DNA of 64,000 nucleotides from Antedon mediterranea (GCF_964355755.1 NC_092679.1:13375432-13439431), one strand, 5' to 3'. Numbered from the stretch's first letter, positions 1 to 15,081 are shown. Numbers and translations: made by a program. The notes: generated by a model not told the origin, from the letters alone.

Positions 1-495
1 TGTTATTACAAACGTCTGTCTAGTTTGCGTTATATATATAATTATTATATTTAAAATAACCGTCTAGCCTAGGCCTACTTACCGACAAATTAACAGCTTA
101 GCTTTACATACGATCAGGGGAAATCCCCAGTCAAGTCAAGTCGATCTCTCTCTGGGTGTACTCATGGAGTGGTGTACTACTGCATGTTGTGTACAACGTG
201 CATCATCCATGTTTGTCATCACATCCCAGCTGTGTCGATGCTCATTAACATATCATGCATATTTATAAGTTAGCTCTATCGGCCTAATTTTTGAGCTGAC
301 AAGTTGGGAAAATTGATTAACTTATTTTGCTTTTTTCTTACCGAAATTAATAATTTTTTTGGATTTTTTTTTTGGCGAAAGTGAACAACTTCATTATAGC
401 TACAATATGATCTATTCAAAATTTGATTTAATTGATCTTCATTTTTCATGTTTTGGGGGACAATACAACTTTAACTGAGTACATTCTTTATCTTA

Positions 496-3400
496 CTAAT
501 TTTTTGATCTGCAACAGAAGAAAAGGCATTGAAAAGAGCCACAATTTCTTTCAGGACCTATGACAGAAATCAAAGCTGGAAACAACAACATTGCAAATAT
601 ATAGGACAAACCAATCGTACAGAACACAAAAGTTCCAAACTGAAGAAAGAATAAGATGACAGAAAACAGCATAAAGAAACAAGCACCCAATGTCGTAATA
701 CAGCCGGAGAGAATAGATATACCAACACTTTCCAACATTTCTTTGGTTTTGCCAATTCGATCTTCACTTTCGGCAAGGTAGTAGCCCTCGGCTAGATGCA
801 CCACGTAGTCTACCGATAGTCCTACAACTAAGGACAAGTTCAAGGATTCTAATGTCTGTAAAAAAAAAAAAAAATGTCTTTAAACTGAACATGAGCCAAA
901 ATACTACCCATCACATCAAAAAACTCTTGTTAAAGCTTGGGTTTTAATGCAAGGACGACGCAGACGTAGGCTATCGTAATGCTTGGTTCCCACTAGAGAC
1001 AATCACAAGTGACTTGACAAATCACAGGTGATGTCGGTTGTCAACTCGCCTGCATTGCGTTAGGTCTCAGTGTGAACCAAACATTGACGCAATGGATAAT
1101 CACTATGTCGTTGGCTTCTTGCGTCCAAGTAGGAGCCAAATAACTGAATACATCAACTTACCCCGAGTGTCCAGCCAAGGATAGGGATTAGTCCAAGTAC
1201 ACAGGTCGTAATACAGCAGATAGTAATTGTTGCCAGCGCACCAATGATAATGTTTTGAGTTGTCAACACAAGTACAACAAAAGCAACACTTATGCCAATT
1301 GCAATGTTACGGATTGCTGAGTTGGTTAGTTCCTGTATAATATTATTGTAACAACATTATTATCTGATACCGTTACATTTTTTAATTTAAGTAGGCCTAA
1401 GTTAAATAACTTGTTTTTTTTTACCAAAGCCTAATTGTATTAGTGTTTTAATTAACTAACTAATTAATTGTATTAGACTTTATTGGATTATTTTTCATAA
1501 GTTAAGACATTTAACTTTTAATTATTTAGGTTAATTACATTTTACTCAAATAGAATTGAGAGTTAAATATGATCAAATGGTCAAACAAATTCTTTAAACC
1601 ATGAATATTTTAAGAAAAGGAAATAGAAAATATTATTTTGTATTGAAAAAAACAACCAAACATTAATTAACTCTACATGAAACTATACCAATTGGCCAAT
1701 ATCATTCTTTGAATTAACCAATTGGAACTTTAGGCCTACTGGTACGATATTGTACGATAACATATAACTGATTTCTTACCTCCTGAATTTTCTGCCATAG
1801 CCAGAAATTAAAGTTAGCCCCAGCAGGCGTACAATGGTATCCCTTATTAATCCCGTCTGGTAGCTGCGACATCTATCACAAAAGAGAATTGGGAAACGTT
1901 ATCAGTTCAGTATCTGTTGCATACGAGTGAAAACAACTTGCTATCCAATATCCAAGTTTGTTTGACTGTTAGTTAGGGCGTCTGTGTATCAGTCAATATT
2001 GGGTTAATTTTATTAAGATTTAGGCCTATGAAAATGATATTACCAATATAAATCTTCTTAATCTTACCTGCTCTGCAATAAACTCGTCCCACTTTTCTAG
2101 CAATGGTAGACCTACTTGATAACCAAAGTCGCCCCATATCATGGTTGTATTTATAACGATTGATGCATACTTTAAACGTGTATTAACCATTTCTAAAAAA
2201 ACAGTAATATTACGGTACGGTAAATACTATTAATGTAATATTTCCAAATAATTAGTAGTTATCATGTTGTTATTATAAAAACAAAGGCAAAGGATAAAAT
2301 AATTGTATTGTCATAGCAACCGATCAAGAGAAGCTACACTTTTCATGGATCACATCACACATGATATTCTTATTTGGTCTATTATGTCATCGTTGATTTT
2401 TAGGAAACTTTCATTCACCGGCCATACTGTACTGTCGACTCCGCCACCGAATAAAACGTCATTCGGCAGACGATATATGTTTCTAAGCGTGTGCAGCATA
2501 TGAGATAAATTTATTGTTGTTGTTGTTGAAGTAGTAGTGGTGCATGAAAAAAAGAAACAAAGGCTCCCTATTGTAGGCCTAGGTTTACGCAAACTGAAAG
2601 AAACTTTTATACTAGAAAAAAAAACTACTTCATGAAATTTTTAAGTTTATAGTAAATGTTATATTGTATGTACAAGCTTTGTTATTTTAACGAAGGATCC
2701 AAAATCAATTACAATTACCTCCGTTACTAATTCTAAACGTGTTACTGGTAGATTCTTCTCCAAGATAAATATCGTATTCATTATAGTCTGGTATCTCCTT
2801 GTGTCCATCCGTTAGCCAATAAGCCAAGCCAATTTCGAAAGCACGATCGTTAGGTGTTACGGTGGTATTGTAAATGTCTGTATTTCCGTCAACAAGTTGT
2901 TTTGTAGAATTGTAGTTTAATGGAAAACTGATATTTTTTTCATCCTAAATTGAGAAAAAAAATATAAATGATTCAGAATAATAATTATCAACTGTTTATT
3001 TTCAACTCACAGATTAAATTACACCATAAAAATACATTCCTTCCTTTGAAATCCATCCAATCTGTTGGTACTAAAAATCGCATCTGAGGGGCAGAAACAT
3101 GAATGAATCTCATCTAGACAAAAATATAAGGCATTAATTATAGATTTACTTACTTCAAAATATGTCTTCATATCTTCAACAAAACATTTCAATTCTGGCT
3201 TTCCAGTAATCAAGCTTCTTCGAATCCGTAAATCGTCTGTTTTTGACTCATCTAAATTTCTAAGGTATGAGCAGAAATCCTTTAAAAGATAAAACAAAAA
3301 GATCCATAAAGTAACTTAAATATTAGGGAGCATGCAACGTACTGTATATCGATATATTTGATCACATGATTTCATTTGTGACGCCTTAAAAATGGCAAAA

Positions 3401-6400
3401 GATTAAAAATTTGAAAAAGTTTAGCATTTCATTTATTTTTCAGGACATGGGGTACCACCAAATTCATGGATCTGCCAATGTAAGTAGAAAGTAACTTATT
3501 TTGCGCGAGAAAGTTATTTTGTCAATAATACGTTTGCCAACTCTAGTATAATTGTACCAAAAAATGAAAACCTTCTCTGTCCACGTTGTCTTCCAGCACG
3601 CAATTATATTGTGCTCCCTAATTTGTTATCTTACCAAGAAAGCTTGCTGATTTTCTGGTTGATTCATGTCAAAGTCATCATCGTAAATAGTATTTCCATA
3701 GCACTCATATGCGGTGAAGGAACACACACTAAGATCAACTGTTTCTAATCCAAACACAATTTGAAGTTCAACATTATCGTCACCCTCAATGCTATCCTTG
3801 AAGCGAGTTCTTCTGTCAGTATGTATGGCAACATTATGACTATCGGGAAATACTTGTACCTGTAAAAATCAAGATGGTAACCTCATTGTAGGCCTAAAAG
3901 CTTCCTCTTTTAACTTAAGTCTTCTGCAAACTTGCTTTCTGCAGTTTGCCGAAGTTTGACAAATGGGTACACTATAGCAAACTTTAACAAATATTAATAA
4001 TAATAAACGTTCGATTTTCCCCAAGTAAAAATGTTGCATGTTTAATTGATAGTCAAAAATAAATCTGAAATAATCACTCATCAAATGTATAGATTTATAT
4101 CATTGGTAATACATACATATATCATTTTTAAAATAGACCAATATAAATATTGGCCTAATTAACATACAATAAAATAAATTCCGGTGACTCTTATTTTGTT
4201 TGTGATAGATTTAACCTAGGCCTACTGTTCAAACTGTATCATGTATTATTCGTAATGCCATTTTGCATATGATTACAAAAATGATGATGGTTGCCTAGAT
4301 ACACTAGGAGAATCGTACGCAAATTTAGCTGAGAGACAATCAAAACAAAGTTGAATACTTACGTCTCGTTCTTGAGATTCAATTGTTGAAATCTTGTAGC
4401 CTAAAAATGCTGTCACACCCAGTAACACTACAACAATTACCCAACGGAATATCTTGTGTGTCACAGCCCTAAAGAATGGTCCAGCGAAGAAACGAACAAT
4501 TACATTGGCACGCTTTTCAGTTTCGTCCTCCTCTGGGTAGCAGCAATCGCAGCAGCAACACCTGCAGTCTTTCCACATCGTGTGATGCGTCATGAGAACC
4601 GTCGGGAAATATGTAATTACAGACAGATAATTGCTTACGATCATCAATGAAGAGAACACTCCAAATGAGGAAGTAGCAAAAAACGGAGAGAAATAATTTA
4701 CGAAGAAAGCAGCAGCTGTTGTTAACGAAGTGACGAACATTGCCAGTGCCGCTCGACGATACGTATCCGAAAGACGATGTGCCAGAGATGGATACGACAA
4801 CAGTGCTGTTGCACGCCATGTGTCTACAAATATAAACACGTCGTCTGCTCCTATTCCAAGTAAAATGAAAATAGCCAGTACATGAAATATACCAAAAAAT
4901 TCGTATCCGATTACCACACGATAAATCAAATTCGCGAAAAGAAATGACGTGATTATACTGAAAACTGAAAGACCAGTTATCCACCAAGACCGAGTTTGAA
5001 CGTAAATAAATACAAAAATAAAAACGAAACTGCCAACAATTAAAGTGAGATCACGATAGACAGTGGAATTTATTATCTCTTCAAATATTGAAAGAGACAG
5101 GTAGGTTATTTCTATACCATTGCCAAAGCCATTCTCAAATTTGTCATGCAAGAAGTCAATTAACTGATCTCTTATAAAGTTATCAATTTCTTCAATTGGT
5201 TGTTCGTCAAACGGCAGCCCTTCTGTAGTGTTATCAAGTGGCGTTCCAAAGTCAATAAGTAAACGTGTTTGCTCAGAAGTTGCTTCATCTATCGTAACCA
5301 CCGCCTTTTCTGCCAGGAAAAACTGTAACACTTCGTCTAATTCAGGCTGAAGTGTAGCATTGTATAAAATGGCGGGAATGTTATCAAATTCTGGATCATA
5401 AAACTCTTCTCCATATGTCCCATCAAAAAACCTTAACACAGAAAGCGGTGGTACACAACTACCTGCTTCGTTTAACTTACAATATTTATCAAAATCTGGT
5501 TTTGCTACTGTTTCTTCTTCAAAACGTTTAATTCTAGCAAGGTTACTTTTTGTGAAAACATTTCCATTTTCTAAAAATAAAATAACTTCTAAGCTATCGT
5601 ATTCTTCTCTTCGTATTCCATTGTTAATTGCCGTGTTCTCGAAACGGTTGATTCGTTCGAAATTAGCATCACGTCTGTCCCATGCTATTCCAAGTTTAAA
5701 TTGCTCCTCTCTTCGGATATCCAATGGCAGGTCCGTAAACTCGGCTGGGAAGATGTTGTAGTCAACATAGAACAGAAGTGCTGTAATAAGTAAAACGAGT
5801 ATGTGGAAACCTAAGGCAATACCTGTAAAAGAAAAAGAAAAGAAATGGCGTTAACAACAGTAAATCAATAACCAGATACAAATGTAATGTATCCATAATT
5901 ATTATCAGATGCAAGTTCTGTGATACAGACGTGCATTTCCTTATGTGTGTAGGTCCTATGTTTCACAAAATGTATCCAATTATTCCATCTTTCTTTAGTT
6001 CTTTTAAGATAACAGCTAATTTGTTTACTACTGTACTCATAATATTAAACATTTACGTTATAGAAAAATAGATATTATTTATCAATTCCGAGATCAATTC
6101 CCATACATATCAGTTTTCACCCTTGTCTGCAGCTGTTGTCACTAGGCAGATTATAACTGACTATCGCAAGTCATCTTGAAACAAGCTGTATGTTTCTAGA
6201 TGACTTGCGATAGTACGTCAGTTAGAATAAATCTGTCTAGTGAGATAGCTGCAGAATTGTATGCAGTTTTTATATCAATATCTATATTTACAAGTATTTA
6301 GTAAATAGCAATATTAATTGCATGTTTAAAATCATCTGTGCCACCTTTCTCTGTCTTTTCTATACTTAAAAGAGCATACTTCATATTTAGGCCTGAAATG

Positions 6401-8577
6401 TTCCGTAGCCAATTTCAATCTCCACTTCATTTTAAGAACAATTTAATTTGAGCAAAATTTACCGTAATTCCTTACGAAACATTTTTCAATCTGCTATATT
6501 ATAAATGCGACAGAAATGACAAAACAAATTCGCTTCACATTTTAATCAAACATGGTCATCTATAGACGATTGGCTACGAAATTTGTTTTCCTTTTACATT
6601 ACAGGTAGGCCTAAAGGCCATACTTGAATGTATTGTACGGTCAGATTACAACGATTGTTGAAGAATGATTCCCGGCCTGATTTTTGTGTAGTAGGCCTAA
6701 CTTTTCTTTTATTTCATTACTATAGTTAGTCGGCGCTTTAAAAAAAAATACCATAATGAGTGTCTCACTGTAGAAAAAAAATTGTTTGCTTTAGGTCTGG
6801 AATATTATTTTTTAAAAAAAGCAGGCCAAGTCAGACGCCCCGCGGCCGTCATACGCAATACATAAGTGTTGCTCTGTACGTAATCCAGTTAAAAAGGCAT
6901 ACAAAAGTAATCGATAACAATTACAATAGAGTACACAATAGTTTAAAACTATAGAGTGCCTTTCAATGTAATTGGCAAGTTCATATTTTACCCTACAAAG
7001 TTTCCGCTATTGTTTGATGTAGAGACAAGGGTCATGTGGTCATAGTCGTTTCTTGGAACAGGAACGAAAATGTAATATTTAATATTCACTGCATATTAGG
7101 CCTACATATATTAATTTCAGTGTATCATAATTATTATTTTACATGGAGAGAGGGAGGGAATGGTGGAGGAGAGAGGGGGAGAGCATGCAGCTATCAAACA
7201 TGTGTAGGCAGTAATTGAATGTCATTATTAAAGCTATCATCATATTTGTGAATAGAGAGTTTATCCAAAATATTATAATTGTAGTCATTGGGACACTGTT
7301 ATTTTGCTTAGAATCGTCTGAAAAGATTGTATAAATGTTTAAAATGTTGATGTTCTAAATTGGAGAGAAAAACGAAAGCACCTCACCTTATCGATTGGAA
7401 GTCATTGCGTGACCCCACTGAATGGTTTTGGTTACCTTAATATCGAATTGACACCCACCGATTCAATTTATAGGCGTACGACCCTGCAATTCTCCGTTTT
7501 AGATAACATTACACACAGAAAAATACTAGGCCCTTAGATTAGTTTGAATGATAAGGTATGGAAAGAAATCAACCTTTCTCAGTGGAATTTGGCACGTCTG
7601 AATCACGCAGACAGTAATGTACGCGACGACACAGGTGAGCATCAAGGTGCATTTTACCAAGTATTTCGCTAAGTTCCTACACTCAGTTAAATCAAGCTGA
7701 TCAATAATATTTTTGAAATATATTATGCTAATCAATAAGCGGCAACTGTTATACTGTATTACTAATACCGCATCAAAAACACTATAATTGTATGTTAGAC
7801 AATGGTGGAGGATTATCTCTCCGCCATGACTAAGCTATACGTTCACACCGACCCGGCCCAGAATTTAGTGGCGGAGAAGAGAATTGTAAAAATGGGAAAG
7901 ACGTAGTGTTGATATAAAAACCTTAATATGAGATACATTTATCATGGCGTACTGTGCATTGAAACACGAAAATGCGAAGCCTATCCTACAGCTTTATTTA
8001 CAAGATGAATGAATATATAATAATTGAATTTTATAGAGAGTAGCCCACCGAGTTTTTGATAGAGGAGGGAGAGAGGTTTTCCCAAATGCGACACCCAATT
8101 ATCGAGTGATATGATAGTGATATAATATTTGTGTTATAGGCATATTCCCTAATACAGCACCATATGTGGCACATGTACCGTAGAAGTTTAGGTTAGAATC
8201 TATGATACGGGCGTTACGTGAAACACATTTGATTTGATCACGGAATTTGCCTATGATATCGAAAATCCGCTATCTCCAGTTAATAGTAGTTGGGGAGTGG
8301 GGGAGTGGGGGAGTGGGGATAAGATAATTAAAGAGGACTTACCAAACGTAGTCTTGGGTCTATTCACAATAGCACTACACAACCACATTGGTTTCTTGTT
8401 TCGTTTGTTTTTCACATCTGATAAAGATCTCGTAAATTTGGCCTTTTGCTTATTATTCTCAACATCTCCATTTGCATCATTTGTTGCAACATACGCCGGG
8501 TTGTCTGTACCGTTCTCCGGATGTTGTACCTCAGACATGTTCATCGTTTTCCGTGTGTCATCCATCTTGACAATCAT
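496..8577 (-). CDS. Dispatched/Patched-domain (RND, sterol-sensing) multi-pass membrane protein, DISP3/PTCHD2-like, ~1006 aa, 9 coding exons
   Basis: Exons with GT-AG boundaries that keep frame: 8343-8577, 4363-5822, 3635-3859, 3154-3279, 2719-2944, 2068-2192, 1780-1872, 1162-1332, 496-855 (3021 nt). TM4 motif LLGIGADDVFIF, TM10 motif VGLSVDYVVHLA, and a Cys-rich linker (CRCCCCDCC) after the SSD. The start ATG could be 8577 or 8565. Confidence 0.88.
6127..6254. mobile_element. Short palindromic MITE in intron 1 of the Dispatched-like gene
   Basis: ctgcagct..cactaggcagatt..actatcgcaagtcatcttgaaaca / tgtttctagatgacttgcgatagt..aatctgtctagtg..agctgcag. Confidence 0.7.
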
Positions 8578-9034
8578 ATACACAAAATATTAAACTGCGT
8601 TTTTATTATTACAGGTATGTGTTGATGGTCGACCAACTACAGTCTGATTACTGATGAAGAATATACCGTACTATTATTACTTACGTGAATTTCAAGTCAT
8701 GTGAATCGGTTTTACAATAAGGTAATCTGCATGACAAATAGAATGATTGAGAGTGGCAGTCAACCGTAAAACCAGCTTAAGCACAAAATACTTGCGCAGA
8801 AAAACACACACACAAACAAACTATTATATCACCATAACCTGGGATTACTAAACGGAAGAATATTTATTGTTACTAGCCGTCAACGCGTTCTACACTGCAT
8901 ATTTGGTTGCTTTATGACTATACTATATTCCTTTTGATTGTTGGTAAATAATAGGCCAATCATCACTACTGAAATATTCAGCTATTAACATTTATATAGC
9001 ACATATTTCATTTCAAGCCTTCAAGAAAACGAAA

Positions 9035-9272
9035 CAAAACTGGGAACTATAATATACCCCGGGAATGAGATTGCGCAGAAGGTGGAAGGCATTCCAATGT
9101 GTGTAGTTAAATTCATTTAATAATTTTTTTTTCTCAGATAAACTATCCATAGAGGGGAGAGAGAGCATACTATATAACAAAAACTGGGAACTATACCTCG
9201 GGAATGAGATTGCGCAGGAAGGAGGAGGGTGGGAGGCATTACAATGTGTTATTTTAGTTAAATTCATTTAAT
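9035..9272. repeat. Local ~145-bp tandem duplication upstream of the Dispatched-like gene
   Basis: aaaactgggaactat..cgggaatgagattgcgcag..ggcatt.caatgtgt..agttaaattcatttaa occurs twice. Confidence 0.8.
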
Positions 9273-12200
9273 TATTCATTCATACTACTATATTCATTAC
9301 TACATACTATATACATAACAAACATAAATATATTCTGAGAAGTATAAGACTAAATATATTTAAAAATAAGTGATTTTACACCTAATGTTGACTCTTTAAC
9401 AATGCTATTGTTTTTCTATTAAAACCCTGTTAAAACATTTTTTTCTAGAATAGGTTGGTTGCTGTCTGGAGGATGCGACCCTGGGCTGATCTGTAAGAGA
9501 ATTTTTGAAAAGTGGAGCTGCTGGGTCCCCGGAAATTGCACTTAGGCCTATACATTGCGATATGAAACGAAATTATAAGTCTACAGAACCAATGGGATGG
9601 AGCTAAGAACATTTTGCTAAACTAAAGCTGCAGGTCTTCATAAATTGCACTTAGTATTATTATTTTAGTGGCCTAAAAAAGTGTACTTTTTTCCTTTTTT
9701 TGAAAAGCACCCCAGCCTACGCCCCTGTATAATCTATTCGTTTTATGAAGCTATGCACAGTACAGAGTTTCTTCAATATTCACAAAAGAAAGTGTTATTC
9801 TTGTATCGAGCTTAGGCCTATATTATTCAACAATCAACTTTTATAAAATCGAATCGAAGTCTTTAAAATATTCTTATTCTCAACACGAATAACTAGACTA
9901 CCTCCCGTATTTTATTGATTTTTTTTGGTTTGTTTTCATTTTAGGCTGTGGTCTGCAAACTTGGGTTGGACACCTTCTGCACTCTCGTATTTTTTACTGT
10001 AATTGTTTTGCAGAAAAACAATTAAAAACAAACAAACGTATCATCATCATGATATAATTAAATTATTTAGAACCATAAAGGCCAATTTAGACAGACGAGC
10101 GGTACAATAAGCGGAAAACAGCATCTTGACCCACGTAGAATCGTGTATCTTCCTCCGCGTTGTGTGTAAATGGTCATCATAAGGAATAGCATATTATTTA
10201 TATTACCGTTACCGATCGTCAGTGTAAATTGGCTTTTAATGTGCGGGTTTTACATTGTTAAGGACAAGCCTGCAGTTTACATGTTGGAATTATTTGGGAG
10301 TCCATTTGAATTATCTTTATAATTGTATTTGAGATCATGTTAAACCAAGGGGTCTGAACAGGTTTAAAAGTTCACTAGGCACGATTAAGCTATTAGAGTG
10401 GTGATTTTGCTAGTTAAAGCTGTTGTATTGTCCAGAAGGCTATCCGTGTAAAAAGACGATTTTCTTTATTGTGCAAGAATTAGATCCTTGAAAGGTTTGA
10501 ACTTTTAACAGTAATGATGGGTATTTGAGCTTATCTTTATGACGTCAATTCTTTTCAATAATGAAAACCGGACCAAGTTCACACTTACGTGAAAGAACAA
10601 TATCGAGTGTGCGGAAAAACTTTTTTAAAAGCTGTCACATGTCTACTACGTTCAAATTCTAATTATGATAGAGTAGACAGCTAGGGCTTAGAGTGTTACA
10701 ATGTACGGGTTCTATTGTAATTAAACGATTCCAAAATCAGACACGATAAACAATACGTTAATAAACATGATTTTATTTGAAATGTTTACTATATTTACAG
10801 ATAATAACAAAATATATAATTAGGTCTCGTATAGTAACAATAACAGTTTTATATTAAAATGCATATACAATCGAATCTATTTATGAAAATATTAAAACTA
10901 CCAAATGTTTTCAGTTGCAACTGTATTAAATTCTTTCACGTTGGAAGTTTTTTTTAACAAAAGTCAAGTATCTGTACCCATTAGATGTAAAGATTTTGGA
11001 AAGCACAGGCGCCTAAGTGTTAAGGTAGGTATGAAAAGCGAAAATAACTAAATTGCATGTAGGCCTATAGTATTGATCATAATGACAAACCACTGGTTCA
11101 ATTCATCTAGGTTAAGTGTTTACTAAACTGATCAGACTATCGCAAGAAATCGACTTTCTTCATTTTATTTTTTTGTAAATACGTTTCAATGTAAATCCTC
11201 TAAAGCTGTTTAAGTACGGACTTGTTTTAAAGATTGAGTATTGAAATACTGCATTCATTCGCAGTAGTAACCATTATAATTGTTATTATTATTATTATTA
11301 TTTTAAAACTATAAAAGGATGTAAAGACGTACGTCACAATAAAACTATAGGGATTTACATTATCTTGAAAAGTGTGTTGACCTAACGTGAAAAAGGTCAA
11401 CGAATGTAGGGTACGGTATCATACACGTACTCTACCTTTTATTTTTATGGATGGACTATTGAATTTTAAAATTCTATTTAGCAGTAGGGCCTACGTGATT
11501 CGCTATATCCATTGAAACGATCCAGGATCTGTGTCTAACACCTCTTTTGTTAGTCCATGATACGCAGAAAGAATCAAACCACAACAGTGATAATCTATTT
11601 TGTCTCGTGAGCTGAAAAAAAAAATGTATGATGAAATATTAAAACTAATTTCAATTTGCTCTGACGTCGTTCTTCTAATGGAGCTATGATATAATTAAAT
11701 TTATTCAGTTAGTAATAATAACAATGCTCAAGGTCTTTGGTTCGGAGAAAACAAAAAAACACTGGTCTATTTTAGTTATAGCTTAGCATATATTTGTTGG
11801 GGACAAAACTGATTGCATTATTTATTCATTATTTATTCTAAATAGTAAAACAGATTAAAACACACGAGGCGTAATAACACAAATAGTAAAAATATAACCT
11901 CCTTGGCGGAGGTAATAATAATTTAAAAAATGGTAAATACAATAGTTACTAGACTACGCAAAAACGCGGTGCTCGGATTTTGACCGCGTAGTTGCTAAAG
12001 ACGGCTCACACACTAACGGTTGGGTTTCAATTAATCACAAAATCCACATAATTTTTACAAAACCGAACGTGTAATAGGAATCCCAACCCCTCCCCACCTA
12101 ACAATCGATTGGACGAAAAATGCAGAGCACGTGATACGCAACCAATTCGCAAGAATATACACTTCCAATATAAATTGTCTTGTGACTTGTACAACGAAAA

Positions 12201-14269
12201 CAATGATGAAATATTATAATTACAAAATAGCTTAAAATAGGATTAAATTCTGACGTCATGATCCATCTATACTGTAGTGTAATTAACTACTTCGCGTCTT
12301 GAGAATAATTATGTAATTATTATTTATAATAATGCCATAATTGAAGTGTCTTATGACTTTAAAAATTTTAATGTAATTTTCAACGTATGTTAGAAACAAG
12401 CCTTTCAGCTTATAGTACTATCTTCTTGCTCTCACCTGTTATGTATGTACTTACATATTTCAAAAGAAACAAAAACAAAAAGATTATACGTCAATTCATT
12501 CTTATATCAGTGAGACGTTATATAATGCTCATTGATTTAACAGTATGTAAAAAGGTATATTTAATGTAGACAACCGTAGGTCTGGGTTTAAACCGTCCAC
12601 GATATTCAATGTAATAGGCCATGTGTAAGGATGTAATGTCCTCCAAAATCATGAAAAATAAAGATTGATAAAATACTTTGAAATAGGACGACCATTTTGC
12701 AGTTTCAATGAAGTTATTTTACATAAAGAACTACCTGAACTGTCGTTTCACGGCAGTATTAATAAGGAGACATCGGGGCCATGTACATTTTTTTTTCCAA
12801 GGGTCCTGAGTTCAAGTCCCGTTACATGTCAGGATTTTTTCTAAGGACAAATTTACAACTTCACTCCCAAAGACTTGTTAAGACTTTTTTATGTAAAGCA
12901 TCTTGTGTATAATGTTTGTCTTGTGAACATCTGAGGGTCCCTAATGATCAGCAATTGCTGGATGGATCACCCTCACTAAATATGGTATAAAAAAAACACG
13001 TTCATATATTATGAACGAACGAACAAACATAACTTAACACTACGATCAACCATAACTTAACACTACGATCAACATAATGAACTATTTATCGATTTCCTAA
13101 TTTGACGTCATTTGACATGTGACGTCATGCCTTAAGTGCCTTTTGTATAATTATATCCTATTTACTTTAATCACGGACCAATGTCCTCTATTTAAAAAGC
13201 TGAGAAATGGAATTGAACTATTATACAGCAACCTCCTTTCTTTGTCATTCCATTTTATTTTCGTATCGATAGATATAGATCTGTAGATTTATGTAAAGAT
13301 ATCGATCAACATTCAGCAAATAATGCATACTATAACATATATCACATTATTTTCGGAAATAATATTCCAAATAAAACAAAACAAAAGTCATACTCCACAA
13401 CAAAGAAAAAAAGATGAAGTTGAATTAGGTCTTTCAAAAATAGACCTACATCAAAGAAAGCATATTATAAACAATTAAAATATTAGTAAAATGTCCTTGC
13501 AACTTACAAATAGTTAGTAGCTACCAATTGCAAACTTAAGAATGTTATATTATTAATATTATTAAATCTATATTTATTAACCTTAGGATTATTGAAATTG
13601 ATCAACAACTTTGTTCATACAAGTAGACACATTTCGTATTGTCAAAAGACGGCAATAATTTTTAACATTATATTAAAATTGAAATATACTATTTTATAAG
13701 ATAGCAACAAAGAACAAGCATATATCTCTCACAAGCTTATACACTATCTCTCTTTTAGAAAAAAAGGTTTTAGCACATTTCTCCTCCTTTTTTTAAACAA
13801 AATGTTATATAACAAAACAATAAATGAATGGTCACTTCGACGAAACTGTAAAATAAAACAATAAATATATAATAAATATTGCGAAAATCGAAGCGTGAGT
13901 TTATGCCAATTTAACAAAATTGTGTGTTATACGGAATCAGAAAGTGTCTAACCATGCCAACCATAGACAAAGGGAGCTTTGAAATAGGTCAACGTACTTT
14001 TGAAATCAATACACTTTAGAAGTGGGTCGATTTTTATGATTTGGATTTTTGTATAATAATGGTTTGTACACAATAAATGCAACTAAAGAACCTACAACAT
14101 TGTCCAAACGTTAGGTTGATCATTGTTACAAATAAAACAAAATGTTATAGTTTCACGTAGTCTGTGACTCATATTATTTATTTTTTTTGGCTGATGTGCT
14201 ATACCATTATTTTTTTCGACAAACGAAAATGGTCATTTTTAAAATGTTAATATTTTGATATATTGGTAA

Positions 14270-15081
14270 ACAAGGCCAACAGCCATTAAGTCGCGTGCTA
14301 CAATGCATAGTGATACCGGACCGACAGACAAACAGACCGACAGACAAACAGACCGACAGACGGACAGACCGACAGACAGACGGACCGACCGACATAGTGA
14401 ACTATACTGACCGAAATTACTGAACATGTTTAAAAATGTTGAAATGTTTAAAAACATTTATATTTTTTTAATTTACACGTGCGTAACCTGTCACTTTTGA
14501 CGTGCTCGTATAACGTAATTTCGAGTTGAAAAGTAAGTCAAGAAAACAGAAATCGGGCAAAAAGAGTGCGCAATAACATTTAACGCGCACTGCGCGCGCA
14601 AAAATCTGCGCACTCATGGCAATTTTGTAAACGCTTAAAATTGCCTGAAACGTACTCTTATTTCATCGAAAATAAATTTTAAGCGCGCGTACGCATGCGT
14701 TACATGCGCTACGCACGTAATTGTATTGCCATATGATGATTTATGCCCTGAAATTTATGAGTACCAAATTTTATTTAATTGTGATTCATGGTTGTTAAGA
14801 TATGATTACAAACGTGATTTCGTTAAATCGTGCGTAGACCGCGTAATTTTTTATTGCGCACCGTGAAAACATAACCACATCGATTCCTGGCCATAAGGAA
14901 TATTCTGTGAAAAATTGACTTAGCTAGCTAGATTAAACTGATATCAAGATAAGGTCATAAAGCGATAAAACGCATAGTGATACCGGACCGACAGACAGAC
15001 AGACAGACCGACAGACAGACAGACAGACAGACAGACCGACCGACATAGTGAACTATAGAGTCGCTTCCACGCGACTAAAAA
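14270..15081 (+). mobile_element. DINE-1/HINE-like (Helentron-associated) element with (GACA/GACC)n microsatellites
   Basis: Starts aaggccaacagccattaagtcgcgtg, has two gcatagtgataccggaccgacagac blocks, and ends in the hairpin gtcgcttccacgcgac-taaaaa. Related copies at 56811-56998, 52757-53030 (minus, internal part) and 30953-31040 (minus). Confidence 0.75.

Noticed and set aside
2350-2592. 80-aa minus-strand ORF as an extra Dispatched-like exon
   Set aside because: The flanking exons 2719-2944 and 2068-2192 already join in frame, and there are no clear splice sites or family motif.
14207-14457. ORFs with SVCRSVCL repeats (also 56708-56920)
   Set aside because: These are translations of the GACA/GACC microsatellite.
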